Source of the DNA: Bugula neritina
Taxonomy: Eukaryota; Animalia; Bryozoa
Assembly (NCBI GenBank): GCA_964035545.1
Contig: OZ037773.1
Coordinates: 2,757,751-2,821,750, forward strand
Direction: 5' to 3'
DNA: 64,000 bases
This document shows positions 1 to 11,400 of the stretch, one piece after another; the stretch's first letter is position 1; each line of letters begins with the position of its first letter. The position numbers and the translations under genes were made by a program. Under the pieces are notes generated by a model. That model was not told the origin of the DNA. It did no database searches and worked only from the letters and a program-made list of their open reading frames with translations.

Positions 1-356
1 TTGCATTACAGAAGCTGTATCACTACTGATTTTATTACTATGAGTTGCTACATGGTGCTATTACATATTGCGTGTTACTACGCTGTGTACTGCAATGTTT
101 TGCAACATTACATATCGTATGACCGTTTATTGTATTACTATGTACGGCAGTACTTTGCTCTGCACATCACTAAACAGTACATATTACTAGATACTGAGTG
201 CTATTTTGCTACACTCACTTAAATTTAAAATTTTCTCCTAATTCTTCAGAGTCTTTCGGTGTTATTTCAAATATGCCTGAGAAAGGAAACTGGTGGCCGC
301 CATATGCATACTCTAAAAAAATGTATATAACATATATATATTTAAATCATCATAAT

Positions 357-574
357 AAAAAACTCACACAAGTTTATAGTCACTATCCCTGTGAGAAAAC
401 CCCTAACGAAAAGGGTTTTTGTTGAATCGGGCTCAGGACTTATTCAGATGAGGGCACAGGAGCAATTATGACTGGATGCTCTTCCTAACATCACCAATGG
501 CCTTTTTTGGGGTTCGAAACCATGACTTCGTGCTTACTAGGCAAACACTCTAACCCCTAGACCACGGCTGCTTC
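357..574 (-). mobile_element. tRNA-derived SINE, copy 1
   Basis: ~215-bp family: head GGAGCAGCCGTGGTCTAGGGGTTAGAG...GGTTCGAACCC (A/B boxes), body GGTGATGTTAGGAAGAGCATCCAGTCATAATTGCTC, tail GACTATAAACTTGTGTGAGTTTTT. Eight copies in the window. Confidence 0.9.
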
Positions 575-670
575 TTTATCACCATAGACCAACAGAATTT
601 ACCAAGACAATTTCACCAAACACTGCTTACTCTTAAAGGACTAGTTTCAATAAGTTCACCAACACCTTAC

Positions 671-1157
671 CCACTCCGTTAACTTCAACACCTGTGTGGT
701 AAACCCCAATACCCAGCTTGGTTGTCCATTCATTTGTCCAATACTGAAAGAGCACAAAAGAGAAAAATGAGCATGCGTAACCAGAGTCCTATTATCAAAC
801 TGATGGTACTATAAACTGAATAAATTACAGCTAAAAGAAACAGTTTAATCTGTATATAAATACTATGCTGCGCCATAACAGATCCAAAATTTGTTTATAA
901 TTACAGTTTCAATTACCTCAGTAAATGACAGCAACTGAGAAACACAAAACAAGTATTTCAATTGGCTCTCACAGCTAAAGTACAGATATTGAATTACAGA
1001 TGTTGGCTAATACTAAAATTTATTTTGTTGAATTCACAGCTGAAAGCACTTCGTGAAAAAAATAGTAAAACCTATTTTTTACGTGACAAATAAATGCGTC
1101 TATTGCAAGTAACCTACTAACCATGTCATAGACATGCACTGTCACTTTCGTTGTCAT
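671..1157 (-). CDS. DESI2: Desumoylating isopeptidase 2 / PPPDE peptidase, first two coding exons (continues past the left window edge)
   Basis: Exons 1157-1122 (MTTKVTVHVYDM, donor GTTAGT) and 743-671 (acceptor TTTCAG; YWTNEWTTKLGIGVYHTGVEVNGV; donor GTAAG). Matches the PPPDE N-terminus V.VYDMYW.NE....GIGV.H.G.EV, including the catalytic His. An in-frame upstream ATG at 1280 could extend the N-terminus. Confidence 0.9.
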
Positions 1158-3419
1158 CACCTCAACAGGTGGCTTTGAGTTTTTTGGCCCAATGATGATG
1201 ATTTCCCAAGAAGTCGGAGAGTGTCTATAAATATATTGTGGTTTAATAAATAGAACTTTGAAAATTATGCCTGCATCCATTTACAACATGGCTAGTGGCT
1301 ACACAATCATAGTTTCAGTAAAAAATGATCAATCAAGAATGTCATTTCATTAAAAAATAATGAATGTAGTTTTGAGTTTAGAAAAAAAGGCAATATGTTG
1401 ACAGAACTATTTTTAAAAAAAGATGATCATCAGAATCAACTCATACCACTGGCTGCCTTGGTCAACGTTAATGAAAATTATCAACTAGTAAGTATAGTTT
1501 CAGGCTAATAACGTTATAAACATGCAGTAGTATTTGGCCACGGCTGTCATCAGATTACATGCAAATACATAACACGTAAATTTGTAGCCGAATACATAGC
1601 TATAGAAACTTGTACTTTCAGTTACTATCAACTATAACCAAGACTAACATTACTGGGTTGTTAGTATTAGTACTAAAATAATGCTCCAAGTTTATCAGTT
1701 TGTGAAAGTATAGCATATCAGATTGAACAGATCCGATATAACTTAGGTTGACAGTTTAATATTAATACCAATAGTAAACTATGTAATAGTGAAGTAAGTA
1801 CTAATACTAATATTATTAGTTATTTATATTAACAATAAAGTAGATGCAATACTTACTAGTTTAGTTTTCTTTATTGAGCTTGTCTTATTAAAATAAATAA
1901 TAATTATTATAATACTAATCAATGAAATCATGAACTGATCAGTTAATCACCTAAAGTTGTTTGTAAAATTGGAGTAAATATTGAATTTAACACTCATATT
2001 GGTAATAATTTAATTCTATAGAATGTCATAACTTATAACCGTGATGATGATCATAGAAACAATCGCCATTATTGCTAGTATTAGTGATGGTGAATAATAA
2101 TAGCAATATTTGTATAACAGGCAATCACAAGCAAGCAGATTTACTCCCAGTAATATGAACAGTAGATGTAATACTAATGCAGTACTAGTAATAGCCCATG
2201 TCAATCTCAATATAAATTAAAATAGACAATTCAACAGTGTGAGTGAACTACAGTGTATTGCAATTCAAAACCCAGCAGTCACTAATAGTGAATTTAATAA
2301 TCATAATTATGGCCATAAACAGTGATCATGATGATGATCATCGTCATGGTAAATTAATAAAATTTAACTCACTGTGACATTGGCTACTAGTACTAGTACT
2401 ATTATTACTACAATAGTAACTATTAGACTTAGTATTAGATTTACTTTTAGCATGAAGTTGAACATCATAATGATCATCATTCAACATCCATCCAATTACA
2501 TTCTTGAGCCAAAGCAATTAAGTTTTACTAATTACTGATGAGCCCGTGAGATAAAAGTTAAAGTCAAAGTTTTAAAGCAATTATTATAAGTACTATTACT
2601 ATGAGTATGACTATGTCTATACTATTGTCTATTCAATTGAGTATGAGTATAAATGTACTGACTATCAGTATGAGTGTGACCATCACTATGATACTATCAC
2701 TATAATTCTTATTTTATAACTATAAGCATATGTACAACTGTATAACTATAACTATAGCTATAGATATCACTATTAGTATTGCTATTAGTATTACTATGTC
2801 TATTAATATTAGTACAAATACAAGTATTAGTAATACCGTAAGTGTATTAGTATTACTACTAGTACTACTAGTACTACCAGTACTAGTAGTAATAGTATAA
2901 CTTAACTATAAGTCAAGTATGAGATTAGGTACTAGAGTTTTTCTTTCAACCTCAAGTTTGATCTTTTTTCTCAGCTAAATCTGCTGATAGTAATAATCAC
3001 CTAAGTTTTAATCTCATACACATTACTAATAAATAATAATACTGCTAGTACTACTAGTACTTATACTAGAAGCCGAAGGGCTAGTAGTACGACTAGTACT
3101 AGTAGTATTACTACTATACTAGTATTACTACTAGTACTAGTAGTAGTAGTAGAAGTACTACTACTAGTAATACTACTAGGTCTAGTACCACAACTAGTAG
3201 TACTACTAAAAAACTAGTAGTAGTACTAGCCGTACTAGTACTAATAACTCATCTAGACTCTAGTATACCTATAAGTATATATACTAGTTGAGTAGTAGTA
3301 CTAGCACTAGCAGTAGGAGTATTAGTTATTACTATTACTATTGTAATTATTATTTATAATAATAATAATTAGTAATGTGTGAGATTAAAACCTAGGAGTA
3401 GGTGATCATTAATATCAGC

Positions 3420-4030
3420 AGATCTAGTTGAGAAAAGAAAACAAACTTGAGGTTGAAAGAAAAACTCTTTCCCATTTAAGTTTGAGGTTTTCAATTTCAA
3501 ACTGAAACTTCAATTTCAACTTCAAGGTCAGTAGTCGTAGAACTAGAACTTGACCCGAGATGTGGTCGTGGACTAGCGAAGAGCTCAATTTCACAATATA
3601 ATTATTAATATATAGCATTAGCAGTTATTATTTTCAGTATTTCTTACTCTCAAATCACTAGGCTTTAAATTGATCTTTAATAGAGCTTATAGTAGCTGTG
3701 TAAACATTAAACTATTACAAGAAAAATATGCTGTCAGCTCCAGAAATAAATAAATTTATGTGTCCGCTACTGTCGCAGTCATCTCCCCATATTGCAGAGA
3801 GCATTACTTTCGCGTTCAACAGAAATGCGATGGCTTACCGTATCCACACATTCTGTGCATTCCAGTTATTAAATTTGATCTAGTGCTGTAAAGGTCAAGA
3901 ATGTTGCCTCTCGACCCCAAACATTTTGATTTTCATGTTTTTTATTTGCTTTTGATTTCGCCTACATATTTCTGAATCTCAATCCATGATTACGTGTATT
4001 GAACCAGTTTCATTGTGCACTAACACCTTG
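3420..4030. promoter_or_regulatory. Probable bidirectional promoter / first-exon region of DESI2 and ARL2
   Basis: Lies between head-to-head genes; locally higher complexity and CpG content; minus-strand donor CG|GTAAG at ~3839-3835. Confidence 0.5.
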
Positions 4031-4762
4031 ACTTTGTGCAAAAAGAACCATATTTTTAATTTGATTATATCCTGCCAACATTATGATTATAAATATAATG
4101 ATAACAGATAAGTATAACCATTAAAAATAAATAATTATAATAAAATACTAAATTATTTAGTAAATAGAAAATTATATTTTATATTTATATATAATTATAA
4201 ATATATTATATAATAAAATAAATAAAATATTATTAATATTAATAATTTTAATTGGCTAACTCTAAGGCCAAAGGTTAACGAAGTAATACTAATTGTAAAG
4301 TAGTAACTCAAACTGTAAGTAGAAGTGTTGGTGTAACTGTAAGATTTAGAGTAAGAGTTAGTGTTACTGTTAGACAAGCGTGGTAGCCTATTAGTGTTAG
4401 TATAAGTATTTTTGAATGGTAATACTAATAGTTTAAGTTAGAGTTTGGAAATAGCACTTGATAAAAATATTGATATGAATATGAATATCAAATTGAAATA
4501 CAATATATTTTTATTATTATATAATTCATTAGTAATGATTTTTATTTGCTTACATCTTTTAAAAGTGATACTTGATTAGTAAAACCATAGCATAGGTGTG
4601 TTCTTACTGTAAAGTGTCTACTAGAATCAACTATATGAGCGCAGCCTATGAACTTTAATGTTATATTAACTCATCAAATAATTATCAAATGCTTTACAAG
4701 TGCTTTGAGGATTTCTATTGGATTTTTAAATTATATTTTTAGTATTGAATCCAAGTGAAAAA

Positions 4763-7700
4763 ATGGGGCTGCTGACAATTTTAAAGAAAATGAAGCAAAA
4801 AGAAAAGGAAATGCGTCTGCTTATGTTGTAAGTCATTTAAGTTGTATCACTCAAAACCTGAGAGTTTCTCAAGTAGATACAGCCCACTGTATTTTTTACT
4901 ACCATTATAAGTTTTTTTTTAAATTTTAACACTTTACATACCTCAAAAAGCTTTTGCAAAAATATGATGGCTAAGCTCAGTGGTGAATAAGTGTCATCAA
5001 TGATTCAGTGTTGTAACTAGCAGTAAAATGCATTCCACTACGTTCTGGAACTCTATCATTATTATTTTTCATATCAAATGCAAAACAAAATAGCTTAAGT
5101 CATGTAAACTACTGCTACTAGAAATAATTGGGCAGTTTTTTTAAAAGTTTGTATAGTTTTGTTTAGTGTTACGTAATGTGCTGTAGTATAATAAATTATC
5201 ATCTTCATTTATTGATTACTAATAGCAATTTCAAATGATAAAAATTTATAATAATTATATAATACAGCTGAATATTTTGTCGTGTGAGCTTATGGTTGCT
5301 AAATAGTCAGTCAATTAAAAAGTGTTATCAGTTTGTCTAGTTATATCAACCAACTAGTTAGGACTACACATGAGTTCTTTGCATGAAAACTATTTCATTT
5401 TTTGTACAAAACAATGGCATATTAGTCATATAATATGAATCTGTTAGCTTATCAGTTCTTGTAATATCAGCTTCGGTTTTAGTGTTTTATATTCGGATGT
5501 TATCCATATTTTTTACATTGTTTGCTATTTTTTTGGAAACCCAACTTCTATTCTAGCATCACGTGTTCTATCTTTTTAGAGGATTGGATAACGCAGGCAA
5601 AACTACAATTTTGAAGAAATTCAACGGCGAGGATATCAGCACCATATCCCCTACCTTAGGGTTCAACATTAAAACGCTTGAACACAGAGGGTATGTAGGG
5701 TACTAAGTCTATTCCACAAGTTACGTCATTAGTTCTTTGCAAAATGGAAATTCCCTTTCTTAGTTTAAGAATGTAAAAAATGCATTTTGCCCCCACTGGG
5801 ATTCGAACCTGAGACCTACGGCTTGCAAGCAAGTATGCTAACTGTTACACCACGGGTACCACTGTGTAAACTCAACACTACAGAATGAAAGTTTGGTTTG
5901 ATATTATTTTGTGAGTTTTGAGTTCAACCTCTGATGAGTTGACTGATGGACCCAGATAACTCTAGAGTCTAGATGTACCATATCGCTGTAACTCTAGAAT
6001 TCAAGGGTGGGCAACTTCTTTTGCATGAGGGCTAAGTTCAGAGGTCAGCTAAAACAAGGAACCATATGATTATGCACATAATAAATTGTATTATATTGAA
6101 GTAATTTGTCACCAAACCTATGCTGTGCTAATCAGAATGCATATAACATTTTTAGTCATCTTAAGCATTAAAAGGGCTACTGAAAAATAGGCAAAAGGCC
6201 CTGGGGCCCCCAGTTGCCCACCCCTACTATAAATGTGCTGGTACTTTAGATTCAGTCTAAATATCTGGGATGTTGGTGGTCAGAAGTCACTACGTTCTTA
6301 CTGGAAGAACTACTTTGAGTCAACAGACGGTCTGGTGTGGGTGGTAGACAGCGCTGACAAGAGAAGATTGTCAGACTGTAAAGCAGAGCTGCATTCCCTC
6401 CTTCTTGAAGAGGTACACGTGCTGTTCTTTGTTATTAATTCTCTTTTGATGTCATTTTTTTCTCTAAGGAATCCTAATATTCTATATTTTCTAAATTTTC
6501 AAGTTATTAATTTTTAGTTTGACGTCATTTTATTTCCAAAGAATCCTAATACTGGGTATTTTCCATACCGGCTATTAACTTGGGGCACTGTGTCTAAATA
6601 TATAGTAAAAGTTGAGATTTTAGACGTGTTCAGGCATGTCTAGATGTAGCGGGAGTTGAGAGTTTAGACGTGTTCAGACATGTCTAGATGTAGTGGTAGT
6701 TGAGAGTTTAGACGTGTTCAGACATGTCTAGATGTAGTGGTAGTTGAGAGTTTAGACGTGTATAAACATGTACTTGATTTGGCTGCATGAGAGCCAACGC
6801 GAATCCCATTTGAATATTTTTAGATGATCGCCTACTTGAAGTAGTTTGCTAGATTATTAAATATTAAAGTAGCTTAGGTTCCTTGTTATCAACATATGCT
6901 CACTGATCAGTTAGATTATAGTTATAACGCCAATGAAGGGATTTTTAAGCACTTTTTTCCTGAACTTAAATATATTTTTTTCTTGGAATTCCCGTTTCAA
7001 AGTAGTCTTTACAGAAATAGCTGTCTCACCAACATAATATGCAGAAATGCTTCAAAATGGCCTCGTTTTATATATCAAAGCAATGTGTTTGTTCAACATT
7101 TTCTATACAAAAGTCCACTTATTAACTACTGTTTTGAGTTTGTGTGTTATTTTGAATGTAGAGGTTGTCAGGGGCCACTCTTATGGTATTTGCTAATAAA
7201 CAAGATTTGCCTGGTGCATTGTCAGCCACTGAAATCAAACAGGTTGGTTTATATACATCGTGAGTGCAGTAGCTAGTTTATAACATGCTTATAACTCGTA
7301 GCATGCTTATAACTCTTAACATGCTTATCCTACAAAATCTAAGACCATAAATCAACTATTAGTTATAATTATTTATAATATTATTCAGTTTGTGGAGTTG
7401 TTTTTCCAACTGCTGTTGAATTAATAATTAGCTGTACATATTTTTCGGTTATTACAATAAATCCTAAATATCTTATTTTACATGATAGTCATTAGGTAAT
7501 AAAACTAACAGTAGTTAGAGTAACTTATAACCAGTTAATTTAATTCTGTGGTAGAGGTCTTTAAAAATCAAACAAGATAAAGCTTAGCTGAATCCTTGTT
7601 GAGGAATTTAGAAGTAATGGCTCTTTAGTACTTCGTCTGATACTTACTAAGCAATAATTCAATACCCACATATTTGGATGTGTAGTGATACTCACCCCCT

Positions 7701-7886
7701 CCCCCCCCCCCCGCCACTTGGTTGTATGTTTGATTGCATTTTATTTTCCAGATATTAGAACTGGACAGCATAACGACACATCATTGGTTAATTCTGGGGT
7801 GTAGCGCTGTAACCGGTGATAATCTACTCGAAGGTGTTGATTGGACGATTGATGACATAGCGTCGAGGATCTTCACTGCTGACTAG
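4763..7886 (+). CDS. ARL2: ADP-ribosylation factor-like protein 2, complete, 5 exons, 184 aa
   Basis: Exons 4763-4827, 5580-5690, 6250-6412, 7162-7242, 7752-7886, all GT-AG, total 555 nt. Translation [31 protein letters not shown]...[13 protein letters not shown]...NKQD...CSAVTG...IASRIFTAD* is typical ARL2. Confidence 0.98.
5788..5860 (-). pseudogene. Decayed tRNA-like sequence (Ala-TGC-like anticodon loop); tRNA pseudogene or SINE head in ARL2 intron 2
   Basis: GGTACCCGTGGTGTAACAGTTAGCATACTTGCTTGCAAGCCGTAGGTCTCAGGTTCGAATCCCAGTGGGGGCA has A and B boxes, tRNA length and a downstream T6 run. Acceptor, anticodon and T stems are mismatched. Confidence 0.65.
6002..6226. mobile_element. hAT-type MITE, copy 1
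   Basis: TIRs CAAGGGTGGGCAACT...AGTTGCCCACCCCTA; internal sequence shared with 12424-12581 (TGCATGAGGGC.AAGTTCA, AAGTAATTTGTCACCAA, ATCTTAAGCA); degenerate 8-bp flanks CTAGAATT/CTATAAAT. Confidence 0.75.
6610..6772. repeat. 44-bp minisatellite, ~3.7 copies, each with an internal hairpin
   Basis: Unit AGTTGAGAGTTTAGACGTGTTCAGACATGTCTAGATGTAGTGGT starting at 6610, 6654, 6698, 6742. Confidence 0.9.
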
Positions 7887-8341
7887 TCAATTTTTCTAAC
7901 TCAATTCAATCATTCTGTTATTTATTATACTTTCCTAACTAGCGCTTAAAATATTTGTGATTTGCATTCTCTCTTTCTTTTATGTGAATATTTTTTTATT
8001 TCATAAAATAATTAAATTTCAGCAAATTTCATGTGTCTATTCTTTTTAACAAGTTTAATTGCTGAAGTTTGCTTCCTCATATAATATTGCAAGCTGATAT
8101 ATAATATTACATCGTAGTATATAATATTACATGCTAATATATAATATTACATGGTAGTATATATAATTTCAAATAATAATATTTTGCATGATGTCGAATG
8201 AGTCATAGGTAGGCTTGTGTCTAAGAATACTTTATTGAATATTAATTCTTGTAATCGATGTTGTAAAACATTCTTATTTGTCAGCTTTTATATCTCACAA
8301 GTCTGATAGTGTTTCCACATAGATGGCTGACATACCGATTA

Positions 8342-8344
<3 letters not shown>

Positions 8345-8410
<66 letters not shown>
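8345..8410. repeat. (AT)n microsatellite
   Basis: Direct reading. Confidence 0.97.
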
Positions 8411-8415
<5 letters not shown>

Positions 8416-8495
8416 TTTTATACAATCATTGACAAATATTAATCAACTTATAGAAATTATCAATATAATTCTTGTACTAATAACATATATTCATA

Positions 8496-11400
8496 TTACA
8501 CTAGTCCTGAGATTTCCTCAGTCTTCTCATCAGTTAATATAAAACTATTGCTTTCTTTTTTGGAGTTATCTTCACTTAGTGAGTTGTTTTCCTTCATTTC
8601 TGCTGCTGTGTTAGCATTGGAGTCATTGGTCTGCTCTTTAACTGCAGAAAGCTTCTGATTCATCATTTGAGTAACCAGTGAGGCAAAGTCTGTTTTACTA
8701 GAATTATTGGAAGTTGGCCGCCCCTTACTTCCATTCGGCCTGAGTTCATTAACCTGTTTGGGATTGGTGGGTAAGCCCGCTGTAGCAAGAAGCAAATCAG
8801 AACATTCCCCAGTCAAGGCGTATTTGGCTAGATCACTGACCGTGTCGTCCTCGTAAAGCCGCTCATAGCTGGCGCTATCTGATTGATGGATAACTATGTC
8901 CTTATCTCCCAGTACCTGAATGCTAAATGTACCATCTCTCTTCATATGAACCTAATAATATATATGGGATAGGTTCTATAGGTCAGACAGGTTATGTAGA
9001 TGGTACAGGTAATGCAGATGGAACAGATAATATAGGTTAAAGCCTAGGTATGATAAGAGGTAATACTCATGAGACAGGTAATGCTGCCTTCCTCTCACAT
9101 TAAGTTTTGAACAAATACCTTTTAGATTCAAATAATATGTATTGCAGTAATGGTAGGTCTAGCTATTGCTGGATCATGTGCTGTTTTCTGCTTATGAAGG
9201 CACTACCATAGTTACAGTTGATACGTTAGAGTTATTCTCTCATAAATGGGCTGAAAGCAATATACAGTTACTCGTTTCAACATGCGGTTTTCACTAGGCT
9301 TCCCCACTTACCTCTTCTTTGACCTTGACAGCCATCTGGCAGCAGACCGGCAGCGACAAAATACAAATAAGTATTTCTAATCCAGAGCTAGCTACAATAG
9401 AGTATCAAATATTAAATATGAGAAGCGGAATCAAAGGAGTATGTCTTAAACCTGCTCATCATAATAAATATTCGCTAAATAATTTAGATATGACGACTGA
9501 TGAATCAAGATATTGACAGTGTGCTGTAAGCCACGGTTCTAATAACTGACAATATAAAAAATTCACGCAATTTCATAGTCACCATCCATGGTAGAAGCCC
9601 CTGATGGAAAGGGCTTTTTAAAGTTAGCTAAAGATTTATTCAGATAGGGCGCAGGAGCAATTATGACTGGATGCTCTTCTTAACACCACCAATGGCCTTT
9701 ACTGGGGTTTGAACCCACGACTTGGTGCTTACTAAGCCATGCGCTCTAACCTCTAGACCACAGCTACTCCCTATATTAACTCCTAATAACTAACGGTATA
9801 GTAGGGAAAAAATAGTGTCACACTGTCACTGAATATCAAATAGCCTGCTTATCAACACTGTTCTGTACTCTAAGACACTCCCTGTGAGCTTTTCTCAATC
9901 CTACTACATACTCTTCACAAAAGACCGGTATCCGCTCATTTATGCAAAGTGGCATCCCTAATTAATTTTTCAGCTTCACCAGACACTAACCCATTTAACT
10001 TTGCTAAACTTTTGTTTCTAAGTCCCAATAGGCACAATGCTGTGAACTACCAATTCAAACCATGCCTATAAAGATGTCACCATGCTTAGTATACGTAACC
10101 AGTAACATATTATATTAACATTACCCAAGGCTGTTACTAAATGAGTCGGCCTTTATAGCTATTCATGCCACATTCAGTTTGAGTAAAATGAAAAATTTTA
10201 TAAGATTTTGCTGGCAAGTAAAAGTTGTCAATAATTTCATATAAACATATTACAGGTATAATTAATATAATAACAAGGCATAGATACACTGCACTTCCAT
10301 ACAGTTACATGTAAATAATGCAGTGATTATTAAAATCACAATTTATACACAAATTAATGCAGTAGTGCATGTGGGCTGTGTGCATTCAGGAGGTTGCATT
10401 AATTACATGTATGAATACATATACAGTGTTACTAAATAACCTGTAGAAAGTACCTTTACAAATTGTGACATACACTATAGAAGGAGTTATATCCACTTAC
10501 CCATAGCTAGTATAACGTTATAGTCGAGCTCGTCTTGCTTGTAAGTTGCTCCGTCTGATAAATGAGTGACAAGACCTCGTCTTAGAAGCTGTATGCAGAC
10601 GACTCCAACTACAGTGGAGACCACACACAGAGCTCCTAAACACATGACCTATAACAGAATATGTGATTTGCAAGGAGCAGCCGTGGTCTAGGGGTTAGAG
10701 TATTAGGCTTAGTAAACTCGAAGTCATGAGTTCAACCCCAGTAAAAACTATTGGTGATTTTAGAAAGAACATCCAGTCATAGTTGCTTCTGTGCCACATA
10801 TGGATAAGTCCTTAGCTCGCTTTAAAAAAACCATTTCCATCAAAGGTTCTTACAGAGATAGTGACTATAAACTTGGGTGAGTTCTTTTATAGCAGCACGA
10901 TTTGTGTCATGTCTTATTTTAGGAGTATACTCCTAAAATAAGACACCATCTCTGTGACTTTGGTGACTTAAACTCCTAAAGTTTATAGTCACCATCCCTG
11001 TGAGAAACCATAATGGAAAGGTTTTTGTTAAATCGGGCTAAGGACTTATTCAGATGAAGCACAGGAGCAATTATGACTGGATGCTCTTCCTAACATTATG
11101 AATGGCCTTTGTCGGGGCTGGAACCCATGACTTGGTGCTTACTAGGCAATCTGACCCCTAGACCACCGCTGCACGACCTTTTAGGAGTATACTATTGTGA
11201 ATTAATACGTCATGTGATAGCAGCATGCTATACTGCAAGTACACATGAATTTAGATTTAGTTTTTCAATTTGTTTGCAGATCAACTTGCTGATTTAAAAA
11301 TATATATCGTTGTGAGTGACTTTTGTCATTTCTAGGAAACTTCTGCAAAAATAGATGACAAAAACTAGATTATAGCCAAAATGTTGCATAATCTGCATTA

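Noticed and set aside
2535-2556. CTGATGAGCCCGTGAG, hammerhead-like start
   Set aside because: No complementary stem II or GAAA core follows.
5788-5860. Functional tRNA-Ala gene
   Set aside because: Acceptor, anticodon and T stems have multiple mismatches.
8295-8345. Minus-strand GAAACACTATCAGAC next to a (TA)n tract, resembling the 3' half of a hammerhead
   Set aside because: The CTGANGA core is absent; more simply 3'UTR sequence.
8506-8535. Minus-strand CTGATGA...GAAA, and a similar case at 16978-16993
   Set aside because: Stem II cannot pair or is only 3 nt; the first lies in coding sequence.
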